From NCBI GenBank assembly GCA_030833925.1, contig JAURGE010000001.1:79535-143534 (forward strand): a stretch of DNA of 64,000 nt, written 5' to 3'. Below, one piece after another: positions 1 through 9,594 of the stretch (its first letter is position 1; each line of letters opens with the position of its first letter). This DNA is from Alphaproteobacteria bacterium. Its GTDB lineage: Bacteria > Pseudomonadota > Alphaproteobacteria > Bin95. Under the pieces are notes generated by a model. The model worked only from the letters and a program-made list of their open reading frames with translations. It made no database searches and was not told the origin of the DNA. The translations under genes were made by a program, and so were the position numbers.

Positions 1-270
1 GCCACTGATCCTTCGGGCGATGCTCGTATTGTTCTATCTGATCAGCAGAAAGCGCAGATTGAAAAATTTCAGGAGGAGATGCTTCGAATACGTAAAGAGT
101 TGCGCAACGTTCAATTTGCACTGCGTTCAGATGTTGAAGAGCTAAACGGCTGGATAAAGGTCGCTAACATTGCCGGCATGCCCTTAGCGGTAGGTGTTAT
201 TGCGATTATTGCCGCTCTCTGGCGAAGCCGAAGGCGGAAGGCTTTCGCAGCCGACTTTTCCAAATCTTAA
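1..270 (+). CDS. C-terminal part of a GldG-like ABC-transporter auxiliary component (5' end lies outside the window)
   Basis: Frame 1 is open from nt 1 with no stop and continues into the listed ORF 79..270. The tail carries a TM helix followed by an RRRK stretch, which is typical of the GldG-family C-terminus. A DUF4340-like partner gene sits downstream. Confidence 0.5.
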   Translation, partial: ATDPSGDARIVLSDQQKAQIEKFQEEMLRIRKELRNVQFALRSDVEELNGWIKVANIAGMPLAVGVIAIIAALWRSRRRKAFAADFSKS

Positions 271-302
271 TGCATAAGGTTGCTTGAGGAGCACGCAATC
301 CA

Positions 303-1457
303 ATGAATATGCGTATTCTAATTGCCCTGGTTTTCGCCGTTGCTGTGATTAGTGTTGGTGCATACTTCTTCAGCCAGGAACGGCAAGCACTTCAATCTGA
401 AGCCTATACCGGTGGGCCTCTTCTGCCAGACCTGCAAGCGCAAGTTAATAATGTCGATGCTGTGCGCTTGCAAAGTCAGGAAGGTGGCGTGATAAATCTG
501 GTGCGTCAGGGAGGGATTTGGGTAGTCAAGGACCATTACAATTACCGCGCAAATCCAGATCGCGTTTCGATTCTATTGAAGCAGGTTGCAACCCTAGAAA
601 AGATAGAACCTAAAACAGCGAAACCACAAAACCATGCCCGTCTCAATTTAGACGATCCGGCTGGTGAAAATGCTCTTGGCACCCGTATAACTCTAAAAGC
701 CAACGGTGAAGAGGTAGCAGACGTAGTCATAGGACTTGTCAGTCCACCCGATCATGGTGGCGGTACTTTTGTTCGTCTATTTAGTGAAGACCAAACCTGG
801 TTAGCTAAGGACGAGGTAAAGCCCCGTCGTCGGCTACTCGATCTTCTCGATCGGTCGGTAGTGAATGTAGATGGACGCCGTATTCGCTCAGTCGATATCC
901 AACGCTCAGCTGTAAAAAATGATGAGAAAGAGTCCATCACTATTTCAAAAGAAACACCCAGCCAGGACAAATATAATTTAAGCGCTTCAATTCCAGCAGG
1001 TTTTCAGCCCAAAGCGGACCATGAGTTGTCCAGCATAGCGCGGGTGCCGGACTTCATGGTTCTTGAGGATGTAAAACCAGCGACAGATCTCAAGTGGGAT
1101 CATCCTGTAGAGACAATTTTTGAAACCTTTGACGGTCTGCGCCTTACGTTCCGGTCGGCGGTTCAGAAGGATGGTAAAGTCTGGTCAGCGGTTGCTGTGG
1201 CCACGACTAATCGATCGCCGAAATTGGATGATTACATAGTTGCAAATAAGACAGCTGATACGGAGGCAGGCCGCATTGCTGGACAAATGAAAACACCGGA
1301 GGAGTTGGCTGAAGAAGTTAAGCTCTTGGCTAGCCGTTTAAATGGGTGGGCATATCGGTTAACAGATTATAAAGCAAAGCGCCTGACGGCCACATCAGAA
1401 GAAGTAATAGAAAAACCAGAAGCGGCTGAACGCAGTGGCACGGTACCCCGCCAATAG
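303..1457 (+). CDS. N-terminally membrane-anchored protein of unknown function, tentatively the DUF4340-like partner of the GldG-type ABC auxiliary system (the DUF4340 label is a recollection, not motif-checked)
   Basis: 384-aa ORF with an N-terminal TM helix (ILIALVFAVAVISVGAYFF) and a soluble remainder. It lies immediately downstream of the GldG-like tail in the same orientation. Confidence 0.55.
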   Translation: MNMRILIALVFAVAVISVGAYFFSQERQALQSEAYTGGPLLPDLQAQVNNVDAVRLQSQEGGVINLVRQGGIWVVKDHYNYRANPDRVSILLKQVATLEKIEPKTAKPQNHARLNLDDPAGENALGTRITLKANGEEVADVVIGLVSPPDHGGGTFVRLFSEDQTWLAKDEVKPRRRLLDLLDRSVVNVDGRRIRSVDIQRSAVKNDEKESITISKETPSQDKYNLSASIPAGFQPKADHELSSIARVPDFMVLEDVKPATDLKWDHPVETIFETFDGLRLTFRSAVQKDGKVWSAVAVATTNRSPKLDDYIVANKTADTEAGRIAGQMKTPEELAEEVKLLASRLNGWAYRLTDYKAKRLTATSEEVIEKPEAAERSGTVPRQ

Positions 1458-1463
1458 TTATTT

Positions 1464-2717
1464 TTAACCTGGTATAGGCTGAACGATCACTAAGCAATCT
1501 TCGCCAGATTCTCGAAGAACCTGACAAGCGAGCTGAGCCTGACGGCCTGTCAGGCCAGCTATTCTGGCTCGGTATAAGATTTTACCATTATCCAGAGTAA
1601 GTGGCTTTACCTGCACTGAACCGCCTGCTGTGACATGTGCAAGGTCGGATAGCTTAGAAACTGCGAGTGTATAAGCAGATTCTTGTGAACTTAGTGCTCC
1701 CAATTGAGCGGCGTAGACCGTGTTGTCACCAATATCCGTGTCCCCCTCGGAGATTATAGAAGGAGGGTAGGACGTGGAGGCTGTGTTTTCCTCGGGTGGA
1801 AAATTACCGGGGCGTTTTGGTGGGACAGCCGGCTGGCCAGTTTGAAAGTCTAATGAGACTGGAGCGATCCCAGCATGACGCGGGTTATCCAATTGGCCAG
1901 CCAGCTGGAAACCGCTGTCCATGATGTTCATCATCTCACGGTCGCGCTCAACGCCCGTATCGCCACCTACTATTATTGCTATAAGGCGCCGACCATTTTT
2001 TACAGCTGAGGCAGCCAGATTAAAGCCAGACGCACGTATGTAGCCGGTTTTAATTCCATCCGCCCCTTCATATTGTTTGAGAAAATTATTGTGGCTCGTG
2101 ACAGTTCTGCTGCCATGCTTGAAACTTTCCGCATTGAAGTACTTAAAGTATTGTTGGTGCTTATATAGAAGCGCGCGACTGAGCATTGCCAGATCCCGCG
2201 TGGTGGTGATTTGTGCCGGGTTATGTAGTCCGGACGCGTTTACGAAATTTGTACGTGACATCCCGATTGCGCGAGCCTTTTTATTCATTTGAATGGCAAA
2301 ACGCTTTTCGGTTTGTGCAAGCTGTTCGGCCACAGCAACCGCGACGTCATTCGCTGATTTAACAGCAAGCGCATAAATTGCCTTTTTTACCGTGATACTT
2401 TGACCAGCGCGGACTCCAAGCTTGGATGGGGGTTGACGCTCTGCATTGTTTGAAAAATGTATAGGCGAGCCCAGCTTTAACCGCCCTGTATTGAGGCCAT
2501 CAAATAGCAGGTAAAGCGTCATCATTTTGGTTAGAGATGCTGGATATATCTGGAGATCTGGCGACTCTGAAAGAAGTTCTTGGCCCGAAACGCCGTCGAT
2601 GGCGACATAAGCCTTTGCCGGCTTCTCATTTGCTAATACAGCAGTTGGCAGGCACCAAATGACAGCTAACAAAATAAGTGCCAGAGAAAGATGCTTTACA
2701 CGACAATTATTAGTCAT
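1464..2717 (-). CDS. D-alanyl-D-alanine carboxypeptidase (PBP5/6, S11 peptidase) with C-terminal SPOR domain
   Basis: Signal peptide present. SxxK motif (ASLTKMM), SxN motif (SAND) and KTG motif (KTGY) are all readable. The C-terminal ~80 aa resemble a SPOR peptidoglycan-binding domain. Confidence 0.85.
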   Translation of the reverse strand: MTNNCRVKHLSLALILLAVIWCLPTAVLANEKPAKAYVAIDGVSGQELLSESPDLQIYPASLTKMMTLYLLFDGLNTGRLKLGSPIHFSNNAERQPPSKLGVRAGQSITVKKAIYALAVKSANDVAVAVAEQLAQTEKRFAIQMNKKARAIGMSRTNFVNASGLHNPAQITTTRDLAMLSRALLYKHQQYFKYFNAESFKHGSRTVTSHNNFLKQYEGADGIKTGYIRASGFNLAASAVKNGRRLIAIIVGGDTGVERDREMMNIMDSGFQLAGQLDNPRHAGIAPVSLDFQTGQPAVPPKRPGNFPPEENTASTSYPPSIISEGDTDIGDNTVYAAQLGALSSQESAYTLAVSKLSDLAHVTAGGSVQVKPLTLDNGKILYRARIAGLTGRQAQLACQVLRESGEDCLVIVQPIPG

Positions 2718-2735
2718 CTTGGATTGTTAGCAGCG

Positions 2736-3641
2736 TTAAGTACTGTGCTGCAACCACCTGCGCCAGACTGCTGCAATTCCCAAGATCAATCCTGCAACAC
2801 AGGCGATCCCTCCGGCTGCGTTTACTGCACTTGAAGCTCCCAGGGCGGCTGCGCCCCATACGGCAAGGCAGTAGCCTACTATTGCTGCTGTTGTTGCAAA
2901 GAAAAGGCTGGCCCAAATCTGAGAGCTGAAGCGATTGGTAGTCAGTCTTGCTGTTGCAGCTGGGCAGATCAGCATTGCTATCACCAATATTGAGCCTGCG
3001 GCGTCAAATGCTGCCACTACGGCAATTGCTACCGCGCCATTGATAGCCAATTCTGTAACCCAGAATGGTAGGCCTAGAGTTATTCCAAAACTTGGATCAA
3101 ATGTAACTAGGGTAATTTCCTTCGCTGTAAGAAGGAACGCTGCGGATAGGATGGCAAAAGTGCCGGCGAGGAAAGGAATTTCTTCTGGAAGGTGTCCCCA
3201 TCCATCAGGATTTAAAATGTCTACCCAAGTCATCGGATGAGGCCAAATAACACTTTCTATGCTTCCGTATAGGGCATGTTCAACATCGAGGTGAACGCCT
3301 GCTGTGCCTGTTGTTTCAATCATAAGCACACCAGCGGCAAACATTGCGGTCAGGACTACTCCCATCGCTGTTGCCATATCCAAACGGCCAATCTTTCGGA
3401 TCAACGCAACTACGGCGGCACCAAAAAGCCCAGCCACTAGAGCACAGGCAATTGTCACCCAGGTTTTGGGGTGGCCGCTGATCAGATATCCGGCGACTAT
3501 GCCTGGTAAGACCATGTGAGACAGGGCATCCCCCATCAATGCTTGCCGTCTTAGAATTAGTAGGTTCCCAACTAATGCAGCAGTTAATGCTGCGAGGATC
3601 GCAACGGATATTGCAGGCAGGTCAATCTGTAGGAATGTCAT
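2736..3641 (-). CDS. ABC-3 family metal (Mn/Fe/Zn) ABC transporter permease
   Basis: 301-aa polytopic membrane protein with ABC-3 (ZnuB/MntB/SitD-like) features. Its start overlaps the upstream permease stop by 4 nt (ATGA). Confidence 0.85.
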   Translation of the reverse strand: MTFLQIDLPAISVAILAALTAALVGNLLILRRQALMGDALSHMVLPGIVAGYLISGHPKTWVTIACALVAGLFGAAVVALIRKIGRLDMATAMGVVLTAMFAAGVLMIETTGTAGVHLDVEHALYGSIESVIWPHPMTWVDILNPDGWGHLPEEIPFLAGTFAILSAAFLLTAKEITLVTFDPSFGITLGLPFWVTELAINGAVAIAVVAAFDAAGSILVIAMLICPAATARLTTNRFSSQIWASLFFATTAAIVGYCLAVWGAAALGASSAVNAAGGIACVAGLILGIAAVWRRWLQHST

Positions 3642-4822
3642 ACTGAACGACGCTCGAGATCAGCGATGACATCTCTTGGAAGTAGCCGTTTAAGTGGCAA
3701 AAGGCTTCCACCAATTCGGCTGGCTTCCTCAGGTCTGTCGTCTAGATATAAGGATCTAAGCCGTTCTTCTTCAGCCCAAGATTTGGCAGCCCTTTCTCCA
3801 GCAGGGGTTGGTCGACCTTCCGAATCAGCCCACCCGCGGCCACGGGCAATTTTCAAAAGTTCTGCCAACGCAACGCCGTCAGCAATTCGGCCTAGAGCAC
3901 GGAGGTACTTGAGATTGCGGGAAAGCCGTCGCCGCCGGACAGCAATTGCAATAACTCCTCGCTTTGGCGCAAAAAGGACGCTAATGGTAAAAAGAACACT
4001 CATAATCACGACGATAAGCGCTCCAGTTGGCAGACCAGAAGTTGCTGCGGAAATTCCTCCACCAAAATATGCTCCAGCGCCACCAAAAAGAGCAGATAAA
4101 AGAGCCACACGCGGTAAACTATCCGTCCAATAACGTGCAGCCGCTGCAGGCGTCACTAAAAGCGCTAAGATTAAAATTAGTCCTACTGCTCGAAGGCCCG
4201 ATGCCACTAAGAGGAGCATCAAGGCTGTGGTCAAAAGGTCGAGTGAGCGGACAGGTAAACCAAGGGCTGCGGATCCAATTGGGTCGAACGCTGACAGTGC
4301 GAGCTCTTTGAAAAATATCAGAAGCATAATCAGTGAGCACAATCCTACAACCGCCAGTATCCAAGCCTCTTTTTGAGTCATGGTTGCTGCCTGGCCAAGG
4401 AGATAGGCGTTTAGACCTGCTTGACCGGCTGTTGGCAAGGTTTGGATTAAGCTAAGCAGAACTACGCCAATGCCGAAAGAAACACTTAAAGTGGCGGCCG
4501 TTGCTGCATCTTCGCCAATCCGGCTTCCATCTTTTAGAAGGTGCATAACACCGGCTGCTGCTACTCCGGCAAGCGTCGCTCCGGATAAAAGAAAGACTGG
4601 ATTCCGCCCATCTCCAGTTAAAATTAGTGCTATTAAAAAACCTGCTGCAATGCCTGGAAGCGTTGCGTGTGCGACCGCGTCCGCTAACAATGGCCGGCCT
4701 TTTAAGATCATGAACGTTCCTACTGGGCCAGCTGCAGCACCAAGTAAGCCAAGTCCAATCATTACAATAGTGCTGTTGTAACCGCCCTCAAGCAGTAACG
4801 CTTCAATAAGCATTCCAAACAT
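3638..4822 (-). CDS. ABC-3 family metal ABC transporter permease with ~110-aa Arg-rich C-terminal extension
   Basis: The permease core covers ~285 aa. It is followed by a hydrophilic Arg-rich tail (RRRRLSRNLKYLRALGRIADGVALAELLKIARGRGW...). Confidence 0.8.
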   Translation of the reverse strand: MFGMLIEALLLEGGYNSTIVMIGLGLLGAAAGPVGTFMILKGRPLLADAVAHATLPGIAAGFLIALILTGDGRNPVFLLSGATLAGVAAAGVMHLLKDGSRIGEDAATAATLSVSFGIGVVLLSLIQTLPTAGQAGLNAYLLGQAATMTQKEAWILAVVGLCSLIMLLIFFKELALSAFDPIGSAALGLPVRSLDLLTTALMLLLVASGLRAVGLILILALLVTPAAAARYWTDSLPRVALLSALFGGAGAYFGGGISAATSGLPTGALIVVIMSVLFTISVLFAPKRGVIAIAVRRRRLSRNLKYLRALGRIADGVALAELLKIARGRGWADSEGRPTPAGERAAKSWAEEERLRSLYLDDRPEEASRIGGSLLPLKRLLPRDVIADLERRSV

Positions 4823-4829
4823 CGGGGAA

Positions 4830-5630
4830 TCAGCCTAGCGCAGCTCGGAGCTGCGGAGGTGCTAGGCGCCCACCATAGGCGCGCTGCAATGTCTCTTCGG
4901 TAAGGGCTTGACCAACCGGTCCCGAGGCGATGTTACGTACATTCAATAGTAGCGCTTGATCAAAGTATTCTTTCACCGTCGAAAGGTCATGGTGCACTGC
5001 TATTACTGTCTTTCCTGAGGATACTAGGCGCTGCAGCAGTGCTACTATGGTTCGCTCTGTGGCTGCGTCTACACCGGCTAAGGGCTCATCCATCAAATAC
5101 AGATCGGCGTCTTGGGCAATGGCTCGCGCCAGAAAAACACGCTGCTGCTGCCCTCCGGATAATTGACCAATCTGGCGGTCTGCGAAGTCAGCCATCCCCA
5201 GTTCAGCCAGTGCAGAAAGGGCGATTTCCTTATGTCGACGTCGGATTGGACGAAGCCACCCTATTTGGCGATATAGCCCCATAGTTACAACGTCGATTGC
5301 TGTAGCGGGAAATTCCCAATCTACGCTTTCCCGCTGAGGTATATATGCGATCCGTTGACGAACTTTGGGAATTGGCAGGCCGTAAGATCCAATCCGTCCA
5401 TCAATGGTCGGTACAAGTCCGAGCGTACCCTTAAGGAAAGTAGACTTGCCTGCCCCATTGGGACCTACTATGGCAACCAAAGTTCCCGGTAATGCTTTAA
5501 AGTCTACGTTCCAAACAGCGGGCGCACTCCCATAGGCGACTGTCAATCCTGACACATCAAGGGGGGATTGACGGTCAAGAGGCGCGTGAAGCTCCTCACT
5601 CTGGAGTAGGGCACGAATTTCTGGACTCAT
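4830..5630 (-). CDS. metal ABC transporter ATP-binding protein (ZnuC/MntA/SitB-like)
   Basis: Walker A motif GPNGAGKST and signature LSGGQQQRV are present. The start is set at an internal Met (MSPEIRAL) so the gene does not overlap the upstream substrate-binding-protein gene; the longest ORF would extend to 5708. Confidence 0.85.
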   Translation of the reverse strand: MSPEIRALLQSEELHAPLDRQSPLDVSGLTVAYGSAPAVWNVDFKALPGTLVAIVGPNGAGKSTFLKGTLGLVPTIDGRIGSYGLPIPKVRQRIAYIPQRESVDWEFPATAIDVVTMGLYRQIGWLRPIRRRHKEIALSALAELGMADFADRQIGQLSGGQQQRVFLARAIAQDADLYLMDEPLAGVDAATERTIVALLQRLVSSGKTVIAVHHDLSTVKEYFDQALLLNVRNIASGPVGQALTEETLQRAYGGRLAPPQLRAALG

Positions 5631-5634
5631 CCGA

Positions 5635-6612
5635 TTACCTCTCTCCTTTAGGAAGAAAAGCAAGAAGAGCCTGCATGCCATTTCTTGGTGCGTTGCCACC
5701 CAGTCCACGAACTATTGTCGTGACATTGTGATCAATCATACCGATGTAGCTGCCCTCATAGCTGTCTGGAGACCCCATCGCATCAGAGAAAAGAGGTTTA
5801 CCTTTTTTCACTTGGGCACCGAGGGCGCGGGCGCCTTCTATAACTGCGTCGACAGCCCTTTCTGGAGTAGATGTTTCAACAAACACTGAAGCAATGTTTC
5901 GATGGGCAATGACGGAAACCAGTTTCCGAATATGAGCAACTCCGGCTTCACTTTCGGTTGAAATCCCCTGCACACTCAACAATTCAAGCCCATACCTCCG
6001 ACCAAAATAGCCGAAGGCGTCATGAGCGGTCACCAAGACACGGGCTTTTTCTGGCACAGTTGCTAGACGGCTCTCTGCATAGAGGTCGATGGCCTTTATT
6101 TCCGCAATCACGACAGATTGGTTATTGACGATGATTTGCTTGCAACTTGGCCAAATTTCTACAAAGCGGTTAGAGGTCATGCTCAAAACTTCGGCCCACA
6201 AAATAGGGTCCATCCAAATGTGAGGGTCGGCTGAGCGGCCGTCTGGTCTAATGATTTTGACATCGGGAAGCAATTCGGATGCAAGAATGACAGGCTTAAT
6301 GGGGGCCAGTCGGCCAAACAAGCTCTGCATCTGGGCTTCAAGGTTAAGCCCGTTAGCTACAATTGCGTCCGCTCTCAAAGCCTTCGCTACATCCGTCCGC
6401 GTAAGCCTGTACAGGTGCGGATCTACGCCAGGCCCTAATAGTGTTTGAACGTCAGCGCATCCATCAAGAATCCGGCCAAGGGGTTCTCCAATTTGGGCGA
6501 TGGTTGTAAGCACGTTTGGTCGTTCGGCAGCCATCGCAGACGATGTGGTTGCCAGAAATGCAATTAACGCACTACGCAACAATCTTGAAAGTATGGAGAT
6601 GCTGTGTCGCAT
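5635..6612 (-). CDS. metal ABC transporter substrate-binding protein (TroA/ZnuA/MntC/SitA cluster-9 family)
   Basis: Signal peptide ([15 protein letters not shown]) and a cluster-9 substrate-binding-protein fold signature. It is the first gene of the transporter operon. Confidence 0.85.
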   Translation of the reverse strand: MRHSISILSRLLRSALIAFLATTSSAMAAERPNVLTTIAQIGEPLGRILDGCADVQTLLGPGVDPHLYRLTRTDVAKALRADAIVANGLNLEAQMQSLFGRLAPIKPVILASELLPDVKIIRPDGRSADPHIWMDPILWAEVLSMTSNRFVEIWPSCKQIIVNNQSVVIAEIKAIDLYAESRLATVPEKARVLVTAHDAFGYFGRRYGLELLSVQGISTESEAGVAHIRKLVSVIAHRNIASVFVETSTPERAVDAVIEGARALGAQVKKGKPLFSDAMGSPDSYEGSYIGMIDHNVTTIVRGLGGNAPRNGMQALLAFLPKGER

Positions 6613-6704
6613 CTTGAAGCCTCTAGTTCCGATAGTAGTTATATTTTTTTTCAGTCAATGTTTCAAGTCTTTGCTAGATAAAAAATAATATACATAGAAT
6701 AAAA

Positions 6705-6724
6705 AGTTTAGCTAATACTAAACT
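6705..6724. promoter_or_regulatory. perfect 7-nt inverted repeat AGTTTAG-N6-CTAAACT in the divergent mntR / transporter promoter region; candidate DtxR-family operator
   Basis: Read directly in the sequence. It lies in the AT-rich 174-bp intergenic region between the substrate-binding-protein operon and the DtxR-family regulator. The TTAG..CTAA arms resemble DtxR/MntR-type boxes. Confidence 0.4.
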
Positions 6725-6786
6725 TAGTTGCTGTGCTTGTTAATTTTGGTTATGGGGTGTAGAGGAGAAGTAGATAAAGAAGCGGT

Positions 6787-7239
6787 ATGATGTCAGGGCA
6801 CAACTCCTTTGAAAGTCGATTGCAGGATGTGACTAGCCAGGCGGCTGGTTTTGACCGTCTGCGTAAAGCACGCCAAACAGAAGTTGCTGAAGATTATGTG
6901 GAGCTGATAGCCGACCTTCTAGCTGAGCAAGGAGAGGCGCGAGCCGTCGATCTTGCAGAACGTTTTGGGGTTAGTCATGCAACGGTTAACAAAACTCTTG
7001 GGCGCCTTGCGCGAGAGGGTTTCGTTCAAACCCGACCTTACCGATCAATTTTTCTCACCGAAAAAGGAGCTGCGCTGGCATCACAGGCAAGGCGTAGGCA
7101 TGAAATTGTGCTGGGCTTTCTGATGGCGATAGGCGTTTCACCAGAAACGGCAGCAATAGATGCCGAGGGTATTGAGCACCACGTGAGCAAGGAAACACTT
7201 AAAGTGTTCGAGAAGATTTTAGCAGGTAAATCCGCTTAG
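6787..7239 (+). CDS. mntR: DtxR-family metalloregulator (MntR-like manganese transport regulator)
   Basis: 150 aa with an N-terminal HTH (VDLAERFGVSHATVNKTLGRLAREGFV) and a metal-binding/dimerisation helix region. It has no SH3 domain, as in MntR. It is transcribed divergently from the metal ABC operon. Confidence 0.75.
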   Translation: MMSGHNSFESRLQDVTSQAAGFDRLRKARQTEVAEDYVELIADLLAEQGEARAVDLAERFGVSHATVNKTLGRLAREGFVQTRPYRSIFLTEKGAALASQARRRHEIVLGFLMAIGVSPETAAIDAEGIEHHVSKETLKVFEKILAGKSA

Positions 7240-7494
7240 AATCCTTGAGAAATTTGGTAGATCCAGTCTCCAGGTTTTTAATTTAGAGCCATGTAATCCT
7301 GGTTTTAAATAAACTCATTTGTTTGTGATTGAAGATAGTGTCGGTGTGTCGTGCATTGTTAGGATCTGAAACACGCGTCTGCAGGCTGAAGGACGTTTGC
7401 TTTTCCAGGGGGAAATCTGCAGTCAACTTATCTTTCCTCTACAACCTGAATTTGCGCTAAGGTTTATGTCTACGGATCCAGGGGCCATTTCTCA

Positions 7495-8832
7495 ATGACC
7501 AAAGTGCTACATCGCAATATGGGGGCGCCACCACCAGAGGCCGTGCGCTCCGAGGGTTGCCGCATATTCGATAGGGCCGGAAAAGCATATATCGACGCTT
7601 CTGGCGGTGCGGCCGTTTCATGCCTTGGTCATGGACACCCTCGTGTTATTGACGCCTTGCGTGAAGCCATTGGGAGGCTCCAATACGTACACACAGGATC
7701 CTTTACTCATTCTGCACAGGAAGAGTTAGCTGAGGTGCTTGTCGAGGACGCACCTGCAAATATTTCGCACGCCTTTTTTGTTTCAAGTGGTTCGGAGGCT
7801 GTTGAGTCTGCATTGAAGCTTGCACGTCAATATTTTTTAGAAATTGGTGAACCGAAGCGCCGGCACTTTATTGCGAGGCGGCAGAGTTATCATGGCAATA
7901 CATTGGGGGCTCTAGCTGTTGGCGGCAATGCATTGCGCCGTAGCTCCTATCAGCCGCTTCTGATGAAGGCTAGCCATATCAGCCCCTGTTATGCTTACAG
8001 AGACAAGCTCGACGGAGAGTCCCTAGAAGCATATGGCCTGCGAGTTGCTAATGAACTGCAAAGAGAAATATTGAGCTTAGGCCCTGAATCCGTTGCTGGA
8101 TTTATCGCTGAACCTGTTGTCGGAGCAACTTTAGGTGCTGCAGAACCAGCGCCAGGATATTTTCGTCGTATCCGCGAAATCTGTGACCAATACGGTGTTT
8201 TGTTAATAGCTGATGAAATTATGTGTGGTGGAGGTCGCACTGGCGACATGTATTCGATGGAGGCGGAGGGGGCCGCTGCTGACATTATCACTATCGCTAA
8301 GGGGCTTGGTGGCGGTTACCAACCAATCGGTGCCATGTTGTTGTCTAACAAAATTGCGGAGGCGATAAGGACGGGCTCTGGAAGTTTTATGCACGGTCAT
8401 ACTTATCTGGGGCACCCTCTCGCATGTTCTGCTGCCCTCGCAGTGCAAAAGGTCATTAGGGAAGAAAACTTATTGACTGCCGTTAGGGTTCAAGGAGCCC
8501 GTCTGATGAATGGCTTGAAGCAGGCTCTTGGTCAGCATCCGAACGTCGGTGACATCCGTGGCCGGGGTCTTCTAATTGGTCTGGAATTTGTAAAAAATAG
8601 GGAAACAAAGACTCCATTTGATCCCTCTTTGAAACTCAATCAGATAATAAAGAAAGAAGCCATGGAGAGAGGTGTCATGGTTTACCCCATGCCCGGGACC
8701 ATAGACGGTATTAACGGAGATCACATTGTGTTAGCGCCGCCTTTTATCGCCTCTGACAGTGAGATTGATGAAATAGTTTCAGCCGTGGCTGGGGCCATTC
8801 CAGGTGCATTAGAGAGAGTTTTAGGCTGCTAA
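7495..8832 (+). CDS. class III (omega) aminotransferase, PLP-dependent
   Basis: Motifs typical of the class III aminotransferase family: GSEAVESALKLAR, DEIMCGGGRTGDMYS and a PLP lysine region. Confidence 0.8.
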   Translation: MTKVLHRNMGAPPPEAVRSEGCRIFDRAGKAYIDASGGAAVSCLGHGHPRVIDALREAIGRLQYVHTGSFTHSAQEELAEVLVEDAPANISHAFFVSSGSEAVESALKLARQYFLEIGEPKRRHFIARRQSYHGNTLGALAVGGNALRRSSYQPLLMKASHISPCYAYRDKLDGESLEAYGLRVANELQREILSLGPESVAGFIAEPVVGATLGAAEPAPGYFRRIREICDQYGVLLIADEIMCGGGRTGDMYSMEAEGAAADIITIAKGLGGGYQPIGAMLLSNKIAEAIRTGSGSFMHGHTYLGHPLACSAALAVQKVIREENLLTAVRVQGARLMNGLKQALGQHPNVGDIRGRGLLIGLEFVKNRETKTPFDPSLKLNQIIKKEAMERGVMVYPMPGTIDGINGDHIVLAPPFIASDSEIDEIVSAVAGAIPGALERVLGC

Positions 8833-8862
8833 TTCCTAGTAAAATATATTTTTATTTGGAAA

Positions 8863-9594
8863 CTACCGCTTTGAAGCGGAGCGCCGAAATGCAGCGATTC
8901 TCTCCTTGATCCCAGGTACACTGACTGATCGGGCTAAGGCCGCCATGTCCGCGTCGCGAGTGTCTGGTCGAGTTACATCTGCGAGAGCCCTTGTGACGGT
9001 TGGCGATAGTCGACTATAGGCTTCTGTAAAATTATTGATAATGGGTTCCCAATACTCGAGATCTACAATTTGGTCGATTAAGCCAAGTTTTTCAGCCTCT
9101 TCGGTTGCAAGTGACCTATTCTCAATCTGGACTTGTCGAGCAGCAACGTTTCCTATTCTGTATGCTAAACGGCGCGTGCCAAGCACTACACCAAACCGGG
9201 GACCAGGCATTTGAAATTTTGCAGCAGGCGCGGCAACAACTCGCATAGCCGCCGCTGCAAGATCGGCACCTGCTCCAACTGCTTGGCCTTGCACTAAAGC
9301 CATTATTGGCATTGGCGCATGGAATACAGTTTGCAACATTTCTTCGACTTGTATGAATCTTAGGACTAGGTCGCCATCAGTTAGATTATCAAAGTCGCCA
9401 AAATCGAAGCCCGCACAGAAATGTTTTCCACTTCCACGGAGGATAATGACGCGCGATCCGTTTGCTGAGGCATCATTGATCGCCAGTTTAATGCCATCAG
9501 CCATATCTGCCGAAAGCGCATTCGCCTTTTCTGGTCGATTGAGGGTGATAATGGTCGCCTTGTCACGAGCATCTACAAGAACAGCGTCCTTCAT
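8863..9594 (-). CDS. enoyl-CoA hydratase/isomerase (crotonase) family protein
   Basis: Crotonase-fold motifs present (FCAGFD, GQAVGAGADLAAAA). Confidence 0.75.
   Translation of the reverse strand: MKDAVLVDARDKATIITLNRPEKANALSADMADGIKLAINDASANGSRVIILRGSGKHFCAGFDFGDFDNLTDGDLVLRFIQVEEMLQTVFHAPMPIMALVQGQAVGAGADLAAAAMRVVAAPAAKFQMPGPRFGVVLGTRRLAYRIGNVAARQVQIENRSLATEEAEKLGLIDQIVDLEYWEPIINNFTEAYSRLSPTVTRALADVTRPDTRDADMAALARSVSVPGIKERIAAFRRSASKR

Noticed and set aside
79-270. 63-aa ORF listed as a separate small gene
   Set aside because: The reading frame is open from nt 1 through 270, so this is the C-terminal tail of a longer gene truncated by the window start rather than an independent small protein.
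3666-4133. 155-aa plus-strand ORF, and similar long antisense ORFs at 9353..9913, 11654..12106, 28066..28554, 31503..31967, 39996..40394, 40952..41452, 54301..54786, 54984..55517 and 62751..63101
   Set aside because: All lie entirely inside well-supported genes on the opposite strand. They have Arg/Ser/Pro-rich low-complexity translations typical of shadow ORFs, and none has a recognisable family.
4830-5708. Longest-ORF start (5708) for the ABC ATPase
   Set aside because: That start would overlap the upstream substrate-binding-protein gene by 74 nt and adds a non-conserved 26-aa leader. The internal Met at 5630 (MSPEIRAL), 5 nt after the substrate-binding-protein stop, is preferred.
7380-7430. 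Possible riboswitch/leader in the 255-bp region upstream of the class III aminotransferase (CTGCAG...CTGCAG self-complementary pair)
   Set aside because: Only a 6-bp palindromic pairing is present, with no resemblance to any riboswitch class I can recognise. It is probably an ordinary promoter or 5'UTR.
8866-8879. Small hairpin CCGCT-TTGA-AGCGG between the convergent aminotransferase and crotonase genes
   Set aside because: It lies within the last codons of the minus-strand gene, has only a 5-bp stem and no U-tract. It is too weak to call a terminator.
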